A DNA stretch of 64,000 bases, from NCBI RefSeq assembly GCF_009914755.1, contig NC_060930.1, one strand, 5' to 3'. The notes beneath the pieces are model-generated. The model searched no databases, was not told the origin of the DNA, and saw only the letters and a program-made list of their open reading frames with translations. Shown here piece by piece: positions 27,571 to 41,076 of this stretch. This DNA is from the human T2T-CHM13v2.0 reference genome, Homo sapiens. The translations under genes were made by a program, and so were the position numbers. How positions within the stretch are numbered: the first letter of the stretch is position 1; each line of letters starts with the position of its first letter.

Positions 27571-28362
27571 AAAACAAACAAAACAACTTGGGTAGCATCT
27601 TGCTCATGATATGTTCAGAATGTGTTGTGTGCTAGAAACCATCCTTGTTGTCTGAGGTCAACCAATCCAAAAATATGTAAGCAGTATGAATTATCAGCTA
27701 AACATGAATCTTTAGAAATAATATGTATAAACAATACACTGGAGAATCATAAAGTCATTTTAATAAAGCAGGCTTAGTTCAACAAGTGTATACCATATAT
27801 ATATTTAGTTTTATTTCAACACTCTTTTTACTGTGGCTGAGTAGTGTTTTAAAATTATTTAGTCTCGTTCATAGTTAAGAAAACAATTTCATTTTGGTTT
27901 GATTCAGCAAATGCATTCATAGTTTTCAGGTTTAGCACATATTTAAGTCCTGGAAATCTGCAAATAATTAGTGGGGAACTTAGGATATGTGATATTAAGG
28001 TCTAGATGATGACAAATTTCAACGAGTATGGGTACTTTCTAAACTGCTTTTCTAAAAAAAAAAAAATCAATCTTGAGAGTGAAAACGAATAAAATCTTAC
28101 TAGGATGTTACCACAGTATGTAAAATAAAAAGGCTTCCATGTGTTTTCCAAGCACTTAATAAAGAGGCAATAAAAAGTTAAAACGTGATTTCCAAATTTT
28201 ATGAAGAAGTCAGAGCAATCATGAAAGCCAAGAAGGATAAAAATGTTTACCCATTTTGGTGTGAAATTACCCTGAACTAAATTTTAGAAAAAGTAACAAA
28301 TTTGTGGCAAATAAAGCAAGCTAATTTTATTTCAGGAAGCTAACAAATTCTATTAAAGAAAA

Positions 28363-28746
28363 TATACACAGTTACACTTAGTAACTAGCAGATGTATTAT
28401 AGCTAGGCAAGAGATCTTGAAAAAAGGTAACATTATTTTCATGGTTGCATTCACCATTTACCACAAAGTTGCAATCTCTTTTCTGTACCCTATACACAGT
28501 TACACTTAGTAACTAGCAGATGTATTATAGCTAGGCAAGAGATCTTGAAAAAAGGTAACATTATTTTCATGGTTGCATTCAACATTTACCACAAAGTTGC
28601 AATCTCTTTTCTGTACCCTATACACAGTTACACTTAGTAACTAGCAGATGTATTATAGCTAGGCAAGAGATCTTGAAAAAAGGTAACATTGTTTTCATAG
28701 CTGCATTCAACATTCACCACAAAGTTGCAATCTCTTTTCTGTACAC
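28363..28746. repeat. 128-bp x3 tandem repeat
   Basis: Units start at 28363, 28491 and 28619; 1 mismatch between units 1 and 2, about 5 between units 2 and 3. Confidence 0.97.
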
Positions 28747-31029
28747 TTTAGAATAAATTAAATTCTAAAAGCTAAATTTCAAGAATAACCACCAAGTTTC
28801 AACTAATAGTATTTAAAAGCACCAAAGAAAAGACTACTTATTTCATTCAAAAAGACTAAGAAATGAAAAACTGTGTAACATGTAGCTGATATTTGTGATT
28901 AAAAAAATGTAGAGAGAAAACATTCAAATATACAATTTAAACACTGACTTTTTTTATTAGTAAAAACCCAACCTGATTTTAAAAAGATCATAATTAAAAT
29001 CCGTCTTTTTTCATAGGACAGAAATAAGAAACAATGTTCAATTCTGAGGCCTTTGAGGATAATTTAACAACTCCTTCTCCAGCCATCACTCTCCATATGC
29101 CATTGCCACTGCCACCAAAATGAAGAGGCCTAGGATAGGAACTGCACAATACGTGTAAAGATACAATTTAAGTATCACCTTACTTAGGGCAAATGTGTGG
29201 AACGTCATTTAAACTCATTGAAAGAGAGGGTTTGGTATTCCTGCCTACTTGGGAATTAATTAATTCAGACAATCTTTGGAGATAGTGTTCTGATATCTAC
29301 CATTCAGTGGGGAAAAAAAGCAGAACAAAGATCAAAGAGTTTAAAAATTGATGTGATTTTGCTTATGGCTCATGGACTCCTTCATGCCTTACTTACACTC
29401 TCCTTCCTAACTCTTGTTTTCTGATAGAATACCAGCAAATACATGAGACCTTCCTTTTTTGCCTTCTCACTGGATCCATTCTGGACCCATCACTGTGCCT
29501 AAGTATTGGTGGCTGCAAAGAGTTGCAGCTGACCACACCTCAAGTACTGCTTGGTACTTTTATTTGATGTGCTAGTTCCGGAACTGCTCTAACCTTCTTT
29601 GGTCTTCTCTCCACACTGGAGAGTGCAATACAGATATTCAGGTAGCCCTAAAGTGACCTTCATGCTGACAAATGCAAACAAAATAATGTTACAAAACAAG
29701 ACCATAGGCACAGGCCATTTTGGATTTTTATGATACTCTGCCACTCTCGGAAAGAGATGATTTCAAATACATGTGAGTTTTGGGGGTTTTCTGTTTGTTT
29801 TTTAGCAAAAGTAAAGATGACGATGCCTTGGGTGTTTGCTATTCAGCAGAACATTTTCAGTTACTTTCATTTTCACTTGCCCATATCAGAGAAAAGCAGT
29901 ATTATGGATACAAAAATAAAATTGGTAAGACAATATTAAAGTTTTGCTAATTTACAGGCAAATAAAGAAGCGTCTCCAGTTTTAGGTTAAGATATATTGC
30001 TAGGAAATAAAATTCCTAAGATACAAAATTCCTTATAGTACTTCCTCTTCCTGGACTCACAGGTGAGTTGAGCAACCAGCTCCATACCAACTTCACCTTA
30101 GCCATCCAGCTGGCTGACTCTTCCTCAGCCAGTGCTCCTGGGCTCCCACTCCTCCCTAGAGAGCTATAAAGCAAGCCAAATGTTCTCAGTGGGCAGGGGG
30201 ATAGATTTGAAGCTGGAATAAAGCCTCAGCAAACACTGACTCTACTAGAGTGTAGCTGGTATTGTTCCAGTTGAAAAAAGGGTGCTTAATGACTAGCCCA
30301 GAAAACTTGTCCTGCCACAAAGTTTATGGTGTGTTCAATGGCCCAGTTCACTAGGGCTTTACTTCCCCAGCATCAATAAAACTGTATGATTCTGGTGCAA
30401 AGTTATTGCAACTAATTCAATGTCTCAGATGGAAAAAAAAAATTCTGCATTTTATTTCTGAAATGATTATGACACTAAAAATTAGGGGGAGGGGAACCCA
30501 GTAATTTTGGCCATCCTCATGTAGATCACTGCGAGCTTGCTTTAAGCCGTATGAACTAAATGGAGTTATAAAATTCCATGTTGACTCAATCCCAGTCAAT
30601 GTCCAAATTTCACTGTAACAAAATCCATCTTAATTCACACATAGTGTTTACAGATGGTGGTCATGACACCAAGCTGGCATAGGGCCTCTTTGTAGTAAAC
30701 AGATTGGGAGGGGGTACATTTTTAATTGCAATAGGAGTATTAAGAAAGAGGTTTCACACATAGGTTTTCACTCTCTGCCTTCCTAAGAGAGAGATGCTTC
30801 ACTTGGATAGATGGTAAACCAGTATAGGTAGAATTTGAAAGAGAAATGATTAGAGGGGATAGTTAATTGCTCGTTGAAAGCAGAATTAAAAGGAGAAAAA
30901 AGCTTTTCTTTTCTCACAGCAAACAAATTAAGTGTCTTGAATTTTACTTAACACTATTTTCCTACTTGCTAGAATGTCTAACTTCTGGTTTTTGGTTAAA
31001 ATAAGCACTCTATTCTTATAATCTTCATT

Positions 31030-31700
31030 TCCTCCACAAAATTATTTCTTTCACTTCAATATTCAAGAAATAGCTCAAGGCTCAAGGCAGTTGCCCAGAA
31101 TCCACTTACTATATCTCATAACCAAACTCAGTGGTGGCTTTCTGAACCTCTCAGATTCCCTTTGCCTTTCCCATTTCTCTAAATGTTTGCCCTTGACTTC
31201 CAACTTCCAGACATGTTGGCTCTGAATTACACGAAAGTGCTGCCCCGACTCCCACTCCAATACCACACCTTAGGCCAATGTTCTTTTTTCTGATTCCTTC
31301 CTCAGTGAGCTCATTGTTCTCATTCACTTTCTGTTCTAATGACAGCCTGACTGTGGCTGAAACCCAGGAGCCATCACCAGGCTTGACCTCTCTCATTCCC
31401 CTTTCGCGCTTGTTCTTCCAGATGCCTGCAGGACATCTCACTCACATGTCAACTAAAATTGGATAGGTGAAAACCTGAGCTCTTCTTCCCCCAACAATAA
31501 GCAAGTGTTCCTAAATTCCCTGTAATCTTCAGTATTACTTTTGTCCTCCCAAACCCCTAGGCTCATAAATTTAAAGTTATTTGTGACTCTTTCTCTTCTT
31601 TATCAACATTCGTCCTGTCTAAAAAACTACCATTTCCACCTCCACCATATCTCCGTGCTCTATCCATTCCTCTTCAATTTTAAATGTGGTTCCAGCTCAT
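31030..31700. mobile_element. L2 remnant
   Basis: Pyrimidine-rich decayed L2-like sequence (ggacatctcactcacatgtcaactaaaa...). Confidence 0.5.
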
Positions 31701-34354
31701 GTCCTTATTCCTCACATATGAATTAGTTAGTCCCTAGCTCATCCACACACCTTCAGTTTCTTCTCAGTTCTGAATTGACAGAATAACCTCACACAACAGG
31801 TAAGGCATCTTACAGAGCAGTTTAACACCCTCATTTTCCTGATGAAAAGCTAAGGCTCAAAAAGGTGAATTAACTTCCACAAGTTCACATAATTGGACGT
31901 GAAGCCAAGGCTACAAAGCCCAGGGTTCATGACTTCCAGTCCAGTGTTCTGCCCACTTTATCAGAATGCTTCCAATACCACATCAGCCACCCATGGCCAA
32001 GGCCCACTCTTCATACATCACAGGGAACAAAACCTAAAATCTTACACTGTACTATTCAAGCCATTAAAAATACTTTCACTGCTTCTCCAAATTCACTTCT
32101 CTTTACCCAGTGCTATAATCCCTCTTCCTTAAGTCATTCTCTTTGTCACATTCTTACCAACATATCTCCGCTACTAGATTGGTACACATACCATACCCTG
32201 GACAGTCATTTACTTTTATACACATTACAGCCCTGAGAACAAACTGCAAGACCCATAAAGAGTCAAATAGGTTTGCATTTTCAATTCTAAATTCAGAGAG
32301 AGAGAGGAAAAAAAAAAAACTAAAAGCTCAAATTACACCTTATCTTTTGAAGTAATTTTGAAAATGTATTTTCTTCATTCATACATAGTCTTTAATTTCA
32401 TTCAGCTGTTAACATGAAATATGTGGCCAATTATTTAGGTTCAACTGTTAACTGGCCACTTCCCTTACCTCATTGCCAAGATTTAGAATATGAAATTCTA
32501 TATCTTTTTTCATATTTGCAATTTTGCATACCAAATGCTCTGCATTTTAGTTGCTTTACATTGATGGATGTTTACAACTTGCAAAACTCCCCAATAGACT
32601 AACCAATGCAGATTTCAAGATGATGAACAAAGATTAGATAAATGAATGGAAACTCACTCTTTAAGTGACCAACTAATTCATTATTTTCCTACCATAATGA
32701 TGTCTGTTTCCCCATGTGATACTGTAACATTGTATTGCAGGGATTGTGGTATCAAGACCTCCTTTATTAAGAATCCCTTCCACATCTTTTTCTCCTCTAG
32801 TTGTAAATCTACCTCCCTCTTTCTTGACCTGATTCAGTATCATTCCTCAGTTGCCTTGGAGATATTCTGATTGAAAATATTATAATTATAATTATAATAC
32901 TGTTGACTTGTTGATAGGTAGTCTTCATCCTCTACCAAGAACTTTCATGAATATACATTTTAAGAGTATCCAGCAAGACATACATACTTCAAAGAATTGG
33001 GTCTTATAGGTCTTTTATCTTTTCCAGGACTACATAGACAACATTTTGCAGAAAACAAGCACACTACAAAGGCTGGCTAACTAAATGAAGGGGGGTTCTA
33101 AAATGAACTGTTTGGCTACCGTACATTTTCTTCTCAGAACTGAATTTTGTTCTAATCAAATATGCTATCCCAAAAATAAATAAATAAGAACTAATGAACG
33201 AATCCTGCTTGCATGGATTTCAGGCAATGACACGAATTAGCAATTTACACTGTTTCTTTTTGGTTGTTTGTTTTTAGGACTTGCCCCTAGCAGTTCAAAC
33301 AAGAAAATTGACTCTGCCGGCCCTAATGAGACCTAGAACTGTGCTGAATGATGTTGGAAAACATTCCCCAGATCTTTTAAGACGTGAAGTATAAGTGAAA
33401 CAGGCAGGGCTATAATATCCACCCAAGCCTACAGTGAATTTGGAAATACATTTCGGAGTTGCATCTCTGTTTACATTTTCTCATAGTTCATATTGCACTG
33501 TAATATATTTGTTCTTAGCCACAATGTATTGCTTACGCTACTCTGAAATGGGAGCGGCCTTAAAGAAAATCCTGCCTATGAATGAGATGTGGTCATGAGA
33601 CATGGGAGGAAAAGGGGTGGAGAAAGAAAAGAAGGACTAGAAACAGAGACCTGTTTAAAATAAAATTTATACACCAGAAGAGGTGGATAGAAACATACTT
33701 TAGGAAACAGACTCAATGGAAAGGCTAAAAGTAAACTAGCAATGTGGACATCTTAGATAGTGAGAAGTTAACTCAAAGTAGTAACAGCCAAATCACAGAA
33801 AAGCGCCTCAAAAGCCACCCATGTACCACTTCAGTTCGTCGGTCAGTGAACAGTTTCTGCTACTGATGAACACACACCAACCAAACAGCAAGGTGCTAGG
33901 AAATACAGAGAATTCCCTCTTCTACTGTTTGCAATCAACAAGACAGCAATTGTTCTTGGTTGAATGGCTTATTCTGGGAATTCTTCTGACAGGAGGGATC
34001 AGATAGCATCTGTCTCTTACAAGCAAAGGCATTAAGCCAATGAAGAGTTATTATTCCAGACAACAACAAATGAAGTCAGAGCACGGAACCAGGTGGTATC
34101 CTGCTCATAAAACCACTTGATGCACCAACATTGTCCTTTTTTCTTAGCTGGGCCAACTAAGGCTAACTTCCTTAGCTGCATGATTCTTAATAAAATAAAA
34201 TTATACTAATCTGAATGTCTCTTAAATATTTAGACAGAAGCCCTCAACAGTGTAGTAATGCCAACAACACTAGGCCCAGCAATTTATCTATTTATTTTCA
34301 AAAGTTTGAGCAAAGTAGTACCTTATTACATTATCAAGGCCTACAAAAGTCGTG

Positions 34355-34637
34355 TTTTTTCTACAACTTTTTTTATCCAACAAATTCATTTACATCTTGT
34401 TTCTACCACTCGAAATGTTTAAAAGCAAAAAAGCAGCATGTCTTTCATTAAAATAATTTAATTCAATAATACAATTCTGATTTTACTTCCTATGAGAGGT
34501 ATTTTTTTCTAGCAACTTGCTTTATCCTATTAATTCATTTACATCTGCTACTTTGTGTGTTTAAAAGCAAAAAGCAGCATGTTTCTTATAAAAATAATTT
34601 AATTCAAAAATAATATTAATTTTGATTTTTCATTTCC
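34355..34637. repeat. Diverged tandem duplication, about 145 bp x2
   Basis: aattcatttacatc...tgtttaaaagcaaaaa(a)gcagcatgt...aaaataatttaattcaa occurs twice. Confidence 0.85.
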
Positions 34638-37600
34638 TTTTCATCTTCTTCTCCCTCTGATATTATAAATTTGCATAGGTAAAGTGTAGTAATATTGAAC
34701 CTGACTCTCTTTCTGGGTAACTATGTATTAATTAAGGTGAACAAGGGAAGGTCCAAAACATAGTAATGGAACTCTAATGTGACTAAAGGAACTGACACGT
34801 TCCCCTAATCTCAGGTCTCAGACATTGCACAATGCATTCAATGTCATTTTGCACCCAATCACAGCTATCCCTTGATATGACGAACCAACCTGTCCCAAAT
34901 AAAATCTCTGCACTCCCTCATCAGATAGTCAGTGCCTGCAACTAGTTTAGAATTATACTATAATTAAACTGAAACTCTAATTAAAAGTACTAGGCTAACG
35001 TGATATGAAATGTTCACAGCCCAATTATGTCTGCTTGCCATTGTCCTCTGGTGTGTATAGATGATATCTTTTTATAAAAATAATGGAACACAGATTTAGT
35101 AATGACATCCTGGGCAGGATGTCCTAATAATTTCCAGGGTCAGTCATTTCCTTTCCCATGTATTTTCCCCTCTTCGTGGTTCTGTTATGCATCCCTGGTT
35201 TCCCTTAATTCCTCAGAAACATATCCTAGCTACTGACCAAAGTGCCCTTCAAATATAATTAACTGGTAAATCCTAGATAGACACCTTATGGCTACCACGT
35301 GTATCAAATAAAACAAACAAAAATCCCCCATTTTTTTCTCATTTGGTATTAATGGACTTATTCATCACCCTTGGTCCTAAATTATGCTGAAGACAGACTA
35401 AAGTACAGTGATCTTTTAGCAAACCTATGTTTTCTCAAAAATATAGGTTTCAGTACCACCAACCCTTCTTTTTACTTCCTTCTCTAGAAGCCTTAATGAT
35501 AAATGCTTAGCAAGATTTTAAACCCCAACAGTAAAATTATAACTATTTTGAAAACATAATGCTTGCTACAGGTTAATTTCAATCCTGTTTGTAATCTTAA
35601 ATTTTAAAGTAAATTATTAACCTTCAATAAATTTCTACCTAGAGGCTTTAAACTAGCTTCAACAAATTTGAATAAGTCTGAGTTTGTGATGCTAATTTCA
35701 TTGTTGTTGAGCCAGTTATCAAGTGATAATACTTACATATATTTGTCCCCATGGTTACAAGTAAACTAGGGAAGAAACTATTTCCTGACTAATATTTTAT
35801 AAAGTAAACTTTTAAAACACAAATAAGTCACTTGTAAATTTTGTTAATGCTTTATTTTAAAAACAAAGTGTTGAGAAAATGTTGAATTATACTTCTGAAA
35901 TACAAAATGAGGCAATGGAAAATTGCACCAATTTATATTTTTTCTGCTAATAGTGTCCTTGAAAATAAATTTAATTAGCATAGTTTGTTCAAATCGAATC
36001 ACATTTTTAAACTCAATAGTTTCCTTTCCTTTCAGAAAATGCAAATCAAATCCACAACTCTAACTACTATAATTTTAATTTGCTTCAAAACACATACAAA
36101 TATCATAAAAATTAAATTTCCATTTTAAGAAGCAGACAGTCTCAACAGGAGGCACATGGGATCAAATGCATTAGACTGAGGTCTCTGAACCCACAATGAA
36201 AAGGAAGAATGAGGTCCATATACCAAATGTAAATTATACGCAGTTTTAATGCTACCCACAAATAAATACAAGCTATATAATTACAATTCAACTGTATGAT
36301 TAGGAAAATTATCAGAAATACCTAGTTGTCTACAAAAATGTTAACCTATGACTCTGTGGCAATCAACCCATAATCAGTTTTAAAAATTTAGAACAGTTGG
36401 TTATATTAGTACACATCACAAATTTATCATCAGGTTCTAAGTAAGTAACCAGCTATTGTGCTATTTAGTCTTCATGTAGTTCTGCTGCCATCAGATTTTC
36501 AACCATTTCTTTCACTGGGAAGAAAACAGAGTGAATGGAAAAATCTCCTGGCATCTCATGCCAATGTAGCCTTACATAGATCTATATCATTAAAATGTTT
36601 TACCTAGAAAGTCATTCATTGAAAATGCATGCACACACACACACACAGATAATGCCTAATATATAACAATCACTGTTATTACAAAGGCAAGTTCCCAGTC
36701 ATGAAGAGACACAGAGATAATGTGTCTCATGTGTGTTGCTATGATAAATAAAATGAAGCAAATAAAAGAAGACTATTTTGCACAGTTGCTGTCCCCATGA
36801 GGAATGCTAGCGAATGAAGGAAGAGCCCATGGAAGAGCGATGGAGTAGCTCTTCTAAGGGGACCAAGACTGAAAGTAATCACCACCAAAGAAAGGATTTC
36901 GAAGGAGAAGAGGGATGTTGACAAGTTCCAAGAATAAACAGAATGGAGCTTCTGCTGGAAATATGTTATTAAGTAATAAATTAATAATGACCAGATAAGC
37001 AATGTCTGATTCTACGAAAAATAATTGTAAAACAAAGAAAAATCAGCGTCTTTCTTGAGTGATAAACACACTTTTTAAAATCTACATACCATCTTTTCAT
37101 TTTTATAACAAAGTCAGAAGACAAGCTATCCTCATTTTGATCAAGAAGCAATTGTTTAATTAATGCCACTTAAGTAGTGACTGGCAGAGTTTACATTTGT
37201 GTTCAATTTTAGTTGAATTCTAAAATGTATGTTCATTAAATAGTTTCATATTTTCTCAATAATCCAGCTGTTAAAAATTAACCCACAGAATACTACCAAA
37301 AATGCACAAAATTCTGTTATCTTTGTTTTTTTAAAAAAAACTAATAAAAAGGGGGTGACAGTTTTTTAGTTAGTTTAGTTTAAAAAACTAATAAAAAGGG
37401 TGTGCTTGTCTGATTATTATTAATGTATTACTTAATAACATAGTTCCAGCAGAAGCACCATTCTGTTTATTCTTGGACCTTGTCAACATCCCTCTTCTGC
37501 TTTGAAATCCCAAGTATTTATTAGTAACATGGATAAAGTGGTAAACTAACTATGACACCAATTAATATATTATATGGTTTTTATGACAAACATAAAGAAA

Positions 37601-37694
37601 AAGTTTAGGGGAAAAAATCATGTTACTTCAAAAAGGCAGAAAACACAATTATATCTATACTCTGATTATAATTATTGAAATAATTTATGAATAT

Positions 37695-38045
37695 GGCCAG
37701 GCAAGGTGGTTCATGCCTGTAATCCCAGGACTTTGGGAGGCCAAGACTGAAGGATTGCTTGAACTCAGGAGTTCAAGACCAGCCTGGGCAACATGGTGAA
37801 ACCCTGTCTACAAAAAAATACAAAAATTAGCCAGGCATGGAGGCATGTGCCTGCAGCATCCACCTACTGGGGAGGCTGAGGTGGAGGTGGCAGTGAGCTG
37901 AGATCGTGCCACTGCACTCCAGCCTGGGTGATAGAGGCAGATCCTGTAGAAAGAAAGAAAGACAGAAAGACAGAAAGGAAGGAAGGAAGGAAAGAAGGAA
38001 GGAAGGAAGGAAGAAAGGAAAAAAATAAAAAGGGAGGGAGGGAGG
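37695..38045 (+). mobile_element. AluJ with internal deletion and (GAAA/GGAA)n tail
   Basis: ggccaggcaaggtggttcatgcctgtaatccc...; purine-rich microsatellite tail. Confidence 0.92.
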
Positions 38046-38474
38046 ATTTATGAATATGAACACAGAAAAAATATTTAATTGACATAGATATCACTTTGGT
38101 TGTGACAGAAATTCAACTGAAACTAGCTCAGAAAAAAAGAAAAAATGTATTGACTTGTGGAATCAAAGGAAATGTTGAATAGTTAAACCACAGGATACAC
38201 AAGAAAGAAGCTAGCTCTCAACAACAACTGAACCAGGGAATGTTAACATGGCAGAGTACCTCCAGTTCCTCTCCCTAATTCTCTTCTACTGTTTGTTTCA
38301 CATGGCAGGAAAGCTGCATGTTGTGAGCGCTGACATTTTAAATTTTACAATGTTCACTACCTGTGAGAGGATGGCTTTCTGAAGTAGGACTCATATTTTC
38401 CTGGTGTAGCTCAGGAACCCACCTCCTGGATAAAAGAAGGCAGGACACCTTGACCGAAAGTCCCTCCAGGACTG

Positions 38475-39058
38475 TGTTGGGCTTCAGAAAATGACACAGA
38501 AGTATGGCACTGTGGCACACTGGGAAACTGGGAAGGCCTCAAAAACAGCCTCAGAAGCAAAGCCTTATTCTGACTTTCTCCTGCCCTTCTGTCTCCTATC
38601 CCTCTATCTCCCCTGAAGCAAGTCATAGAAAACAAAATTTGTTTTCCCCAAGGCAACTCCTCTCCTCCAAAACAGGCCATAAAACCCAGAAAGGTCACCC
38701 TCTCCCTTCTCCATCCTTCCCTAAAGAGCCTCATTCCAGGGCGGGTCCAGCAGCATACCCAAGAGGAAGCAATACTACAGAAAGGCCAAGAAGAATGAAC
38801 AGACAGGTGTTCACAAAAGGGAATGATCTAATAGTAACAGAGTGATGGGGGAGTGTCCATTCTTCATCAATCCTAAGAATAAAAATAGAGTTTTCCCTGC
38901 GTCTTTGGGCCTTCATTTCAGAAGACTCCCAGGTCACATAAAACTTGATTAAATACATTTGCTATGCTTTTCTCTTGTTAACCTGTCTTTTGTAATAGGA
39001 GCGGTCAGATGAGAGCCTTATCACCAGTAAGAAAAGGTATCAAACTTTTCTGCCCCCA
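38475..39058 (+). mobile_element. MER31-type ERV1 solo LTR
   Basis: tgttgggcttcagaaaatgac...gaaggcctc...cagcctcagaagcaaag...cccctgaagcaagtcatagaaa. Confidence 0.75.
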
Positions 39059-39086
39059 AAACCGCATTCAATGAGGTGTAGATTCC

Positions 39087-39631
39087 TGTATTAGTCAGGG
39101 TTCTCTAGAGGGACAGAACTAATAGGATAGTTGTATATGTGAAGGGGAATTTACTAAGGAGTACTGACTCACACAGTCACAAGGTGAAGTTCCACAATAG
39201 GCCGTCTACAAGCTGAGAAGCAAGGAAGCCAGTCCAAGTCCCAAAACCTCAAGAGTAGGGAAGCTGACAGTGCAGCCTTCAGTCTGTGGCCACAGATCTG
39301 AGAGCCCCTGGCAAATCACTGGTGCAGGTCCAAGAGTCCAAAAGCTGAAGAACTTGGAGTCTGATGTTCAAGGGCAGGAAGCATCCAGCACAGGAGAAAG
39401 ATGAAGGCCAGAAAATTCAGCAACTCTGTTAATTCCACTTTCTTCTGCCTGCTTTATTCTAGCTGCGCTGGCAGCTGATTAGGTGGTGTCCACCCAGACA
39501 TAGGGTCTGCCTCTCCCAAACCACTGACTCAAACGTTCATATGCTTTGGCAACACCCTCAAAGACACACCTAGGAACAATACTTCGTATCCTTCAATCCG
39601 ATCAAGTTGCCACTAGATATTAACCATCACA
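39087..39631 (-). mobile_element. MLT2A (HERVL) solo LTR with 5-bp TSD ATTCC
   Basis: tgtattagtcagggttctctagagggacagaactaatagg...ttaaccatcaca, with attcc on both sides. Confidence 0.92.
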
Positions 39632-39787
39632 ATTCCCAAAGCAAAATCTGGATGCTGTTATCAGAATGGAGAATAGATACTGGGCATCCACAAGCCAGAT
39701 GCCTACTCTCTAGGAGCCAATAGAATACGCGATTTCTAACATAAACAAAAGCAGATAATTTTCTTTGAAATAAGGGTTCCACCTCAC

Positions 39788-39866
39788 CTTTCTTGTTGAA
39801 TATGCTGGATAATTACATTCCAAAATTGCTTACTGGAGTGCTCAGAGCAAAACCTCCATAGGATTT
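39788..39866 (-). other. Candidate 79-nt exon
   Basis: Minus strand: cctttactgcctactgccag|AAATCC...CAAGAAAG|gtgagg. Confidence 0.25.
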
Positions 39867-41076
39867 CTGGCAGTAGGCAGTAAAGGCATATGGTTCAAGA
39901 AGAAAAGCATCATACATAAGTTGGCATAATGGTACTGAAGTTTTGCAATAAATAAATTTAAATGTCATTTAATTCTTTGAAATCTAAAGGGAATTCTTAA
40001 AAGTAAATTTCAACTATGAAGAAAATGCAATAAATACTTTTTCAGCTTGTACCAACAAATAGAGTGTTTTAAAAGTAGGATAAGTTTACTCACACACAAA
40101 AAAAAAATAAGAAAAACTACTCTAAGCTATAAAGCCACTGATCTCTAATGAGAAAGAAAAAAACTCTACCATATATTAAAATAATCTTTTTCTCATAATT
40201 TACATTTCTTTATTTTTACCATGAATAGGAGAAAAAAGCATACTTTAAAAAATAATTAATTAATAATTCATGTGATTCTCTAGTACACTTTCCACAAATC
40301 ATAAACTTGAGTTCTGAAAATATTTCCACAGCAACGAATATTAGTGCCATAAGTTGAGGAGTGCACCTTCAGGTATTAAATAAAGTAACATATAAAGAGA
40401 AATATTTTATTTTGAATAAGGAACATGTTTTTACTGATATGCAGAAATAGATAACAAATTGGCTTCATGATGGAAAAAAACTGCATAAATTGTTCCAAAG
40501 GCAGTTTATGTTTATTTTCACAGTTTAGAGTAAAGCTCAATGCATTCTCCTGTTTCTTCTTATCCTGGTAAGAGTCCTGCACACAGAGCAGATAATGGCT
40601 TGATCCATGAGCTGGAACAAACTTCACCTGGAAATGATGCATATGCTCCGGCCTGAATCATGATAACTAAAGTGATAGTAACATGGTTTCAGAAATTAAA
40701 CAATACTTGTCATATAACTCTCTTAGTCATATAAAATTAAGGAAAATATAAAATCAATAAAATCTAATTTTATTCTTTTCATATGTGGCCATGTATCTGT
40801 ATTAAATTACACTATATGAAAGGCACATGGCCATGTACACATTGTCTGTTCTTCATTTAATTACCTCATTAAAAGGAGGATCAGGAAAAGAGTCCATGTA
40901 TTCATTATAAGTTTTGTTTTCCTATACAACCAACTCAATTTTAAATTTGCAGGAAATGTTTAATGAGCTCAGAAATAAACTTTTTATAATTTCCCAGATC
41001 AACCCTAATGTAGATATGTATGCAGTATAATCCATTCTGCATCTGCATTTTCAGGAAGCTTCCCACACTTACTCAC

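Noticed and set aside
33340-33420. Possible C/D box snoRNA (ATGATGT...)
   Set aside because: Imperfect C box, and no suitably placed CTGA D box with a terminal stem
36790-36960. Purine-rich, coding-looking stretch as a pseudogene fragment
   Set aside because: Only a 30-aa ORF, with no recognisable parent gene, poly-A or TSD
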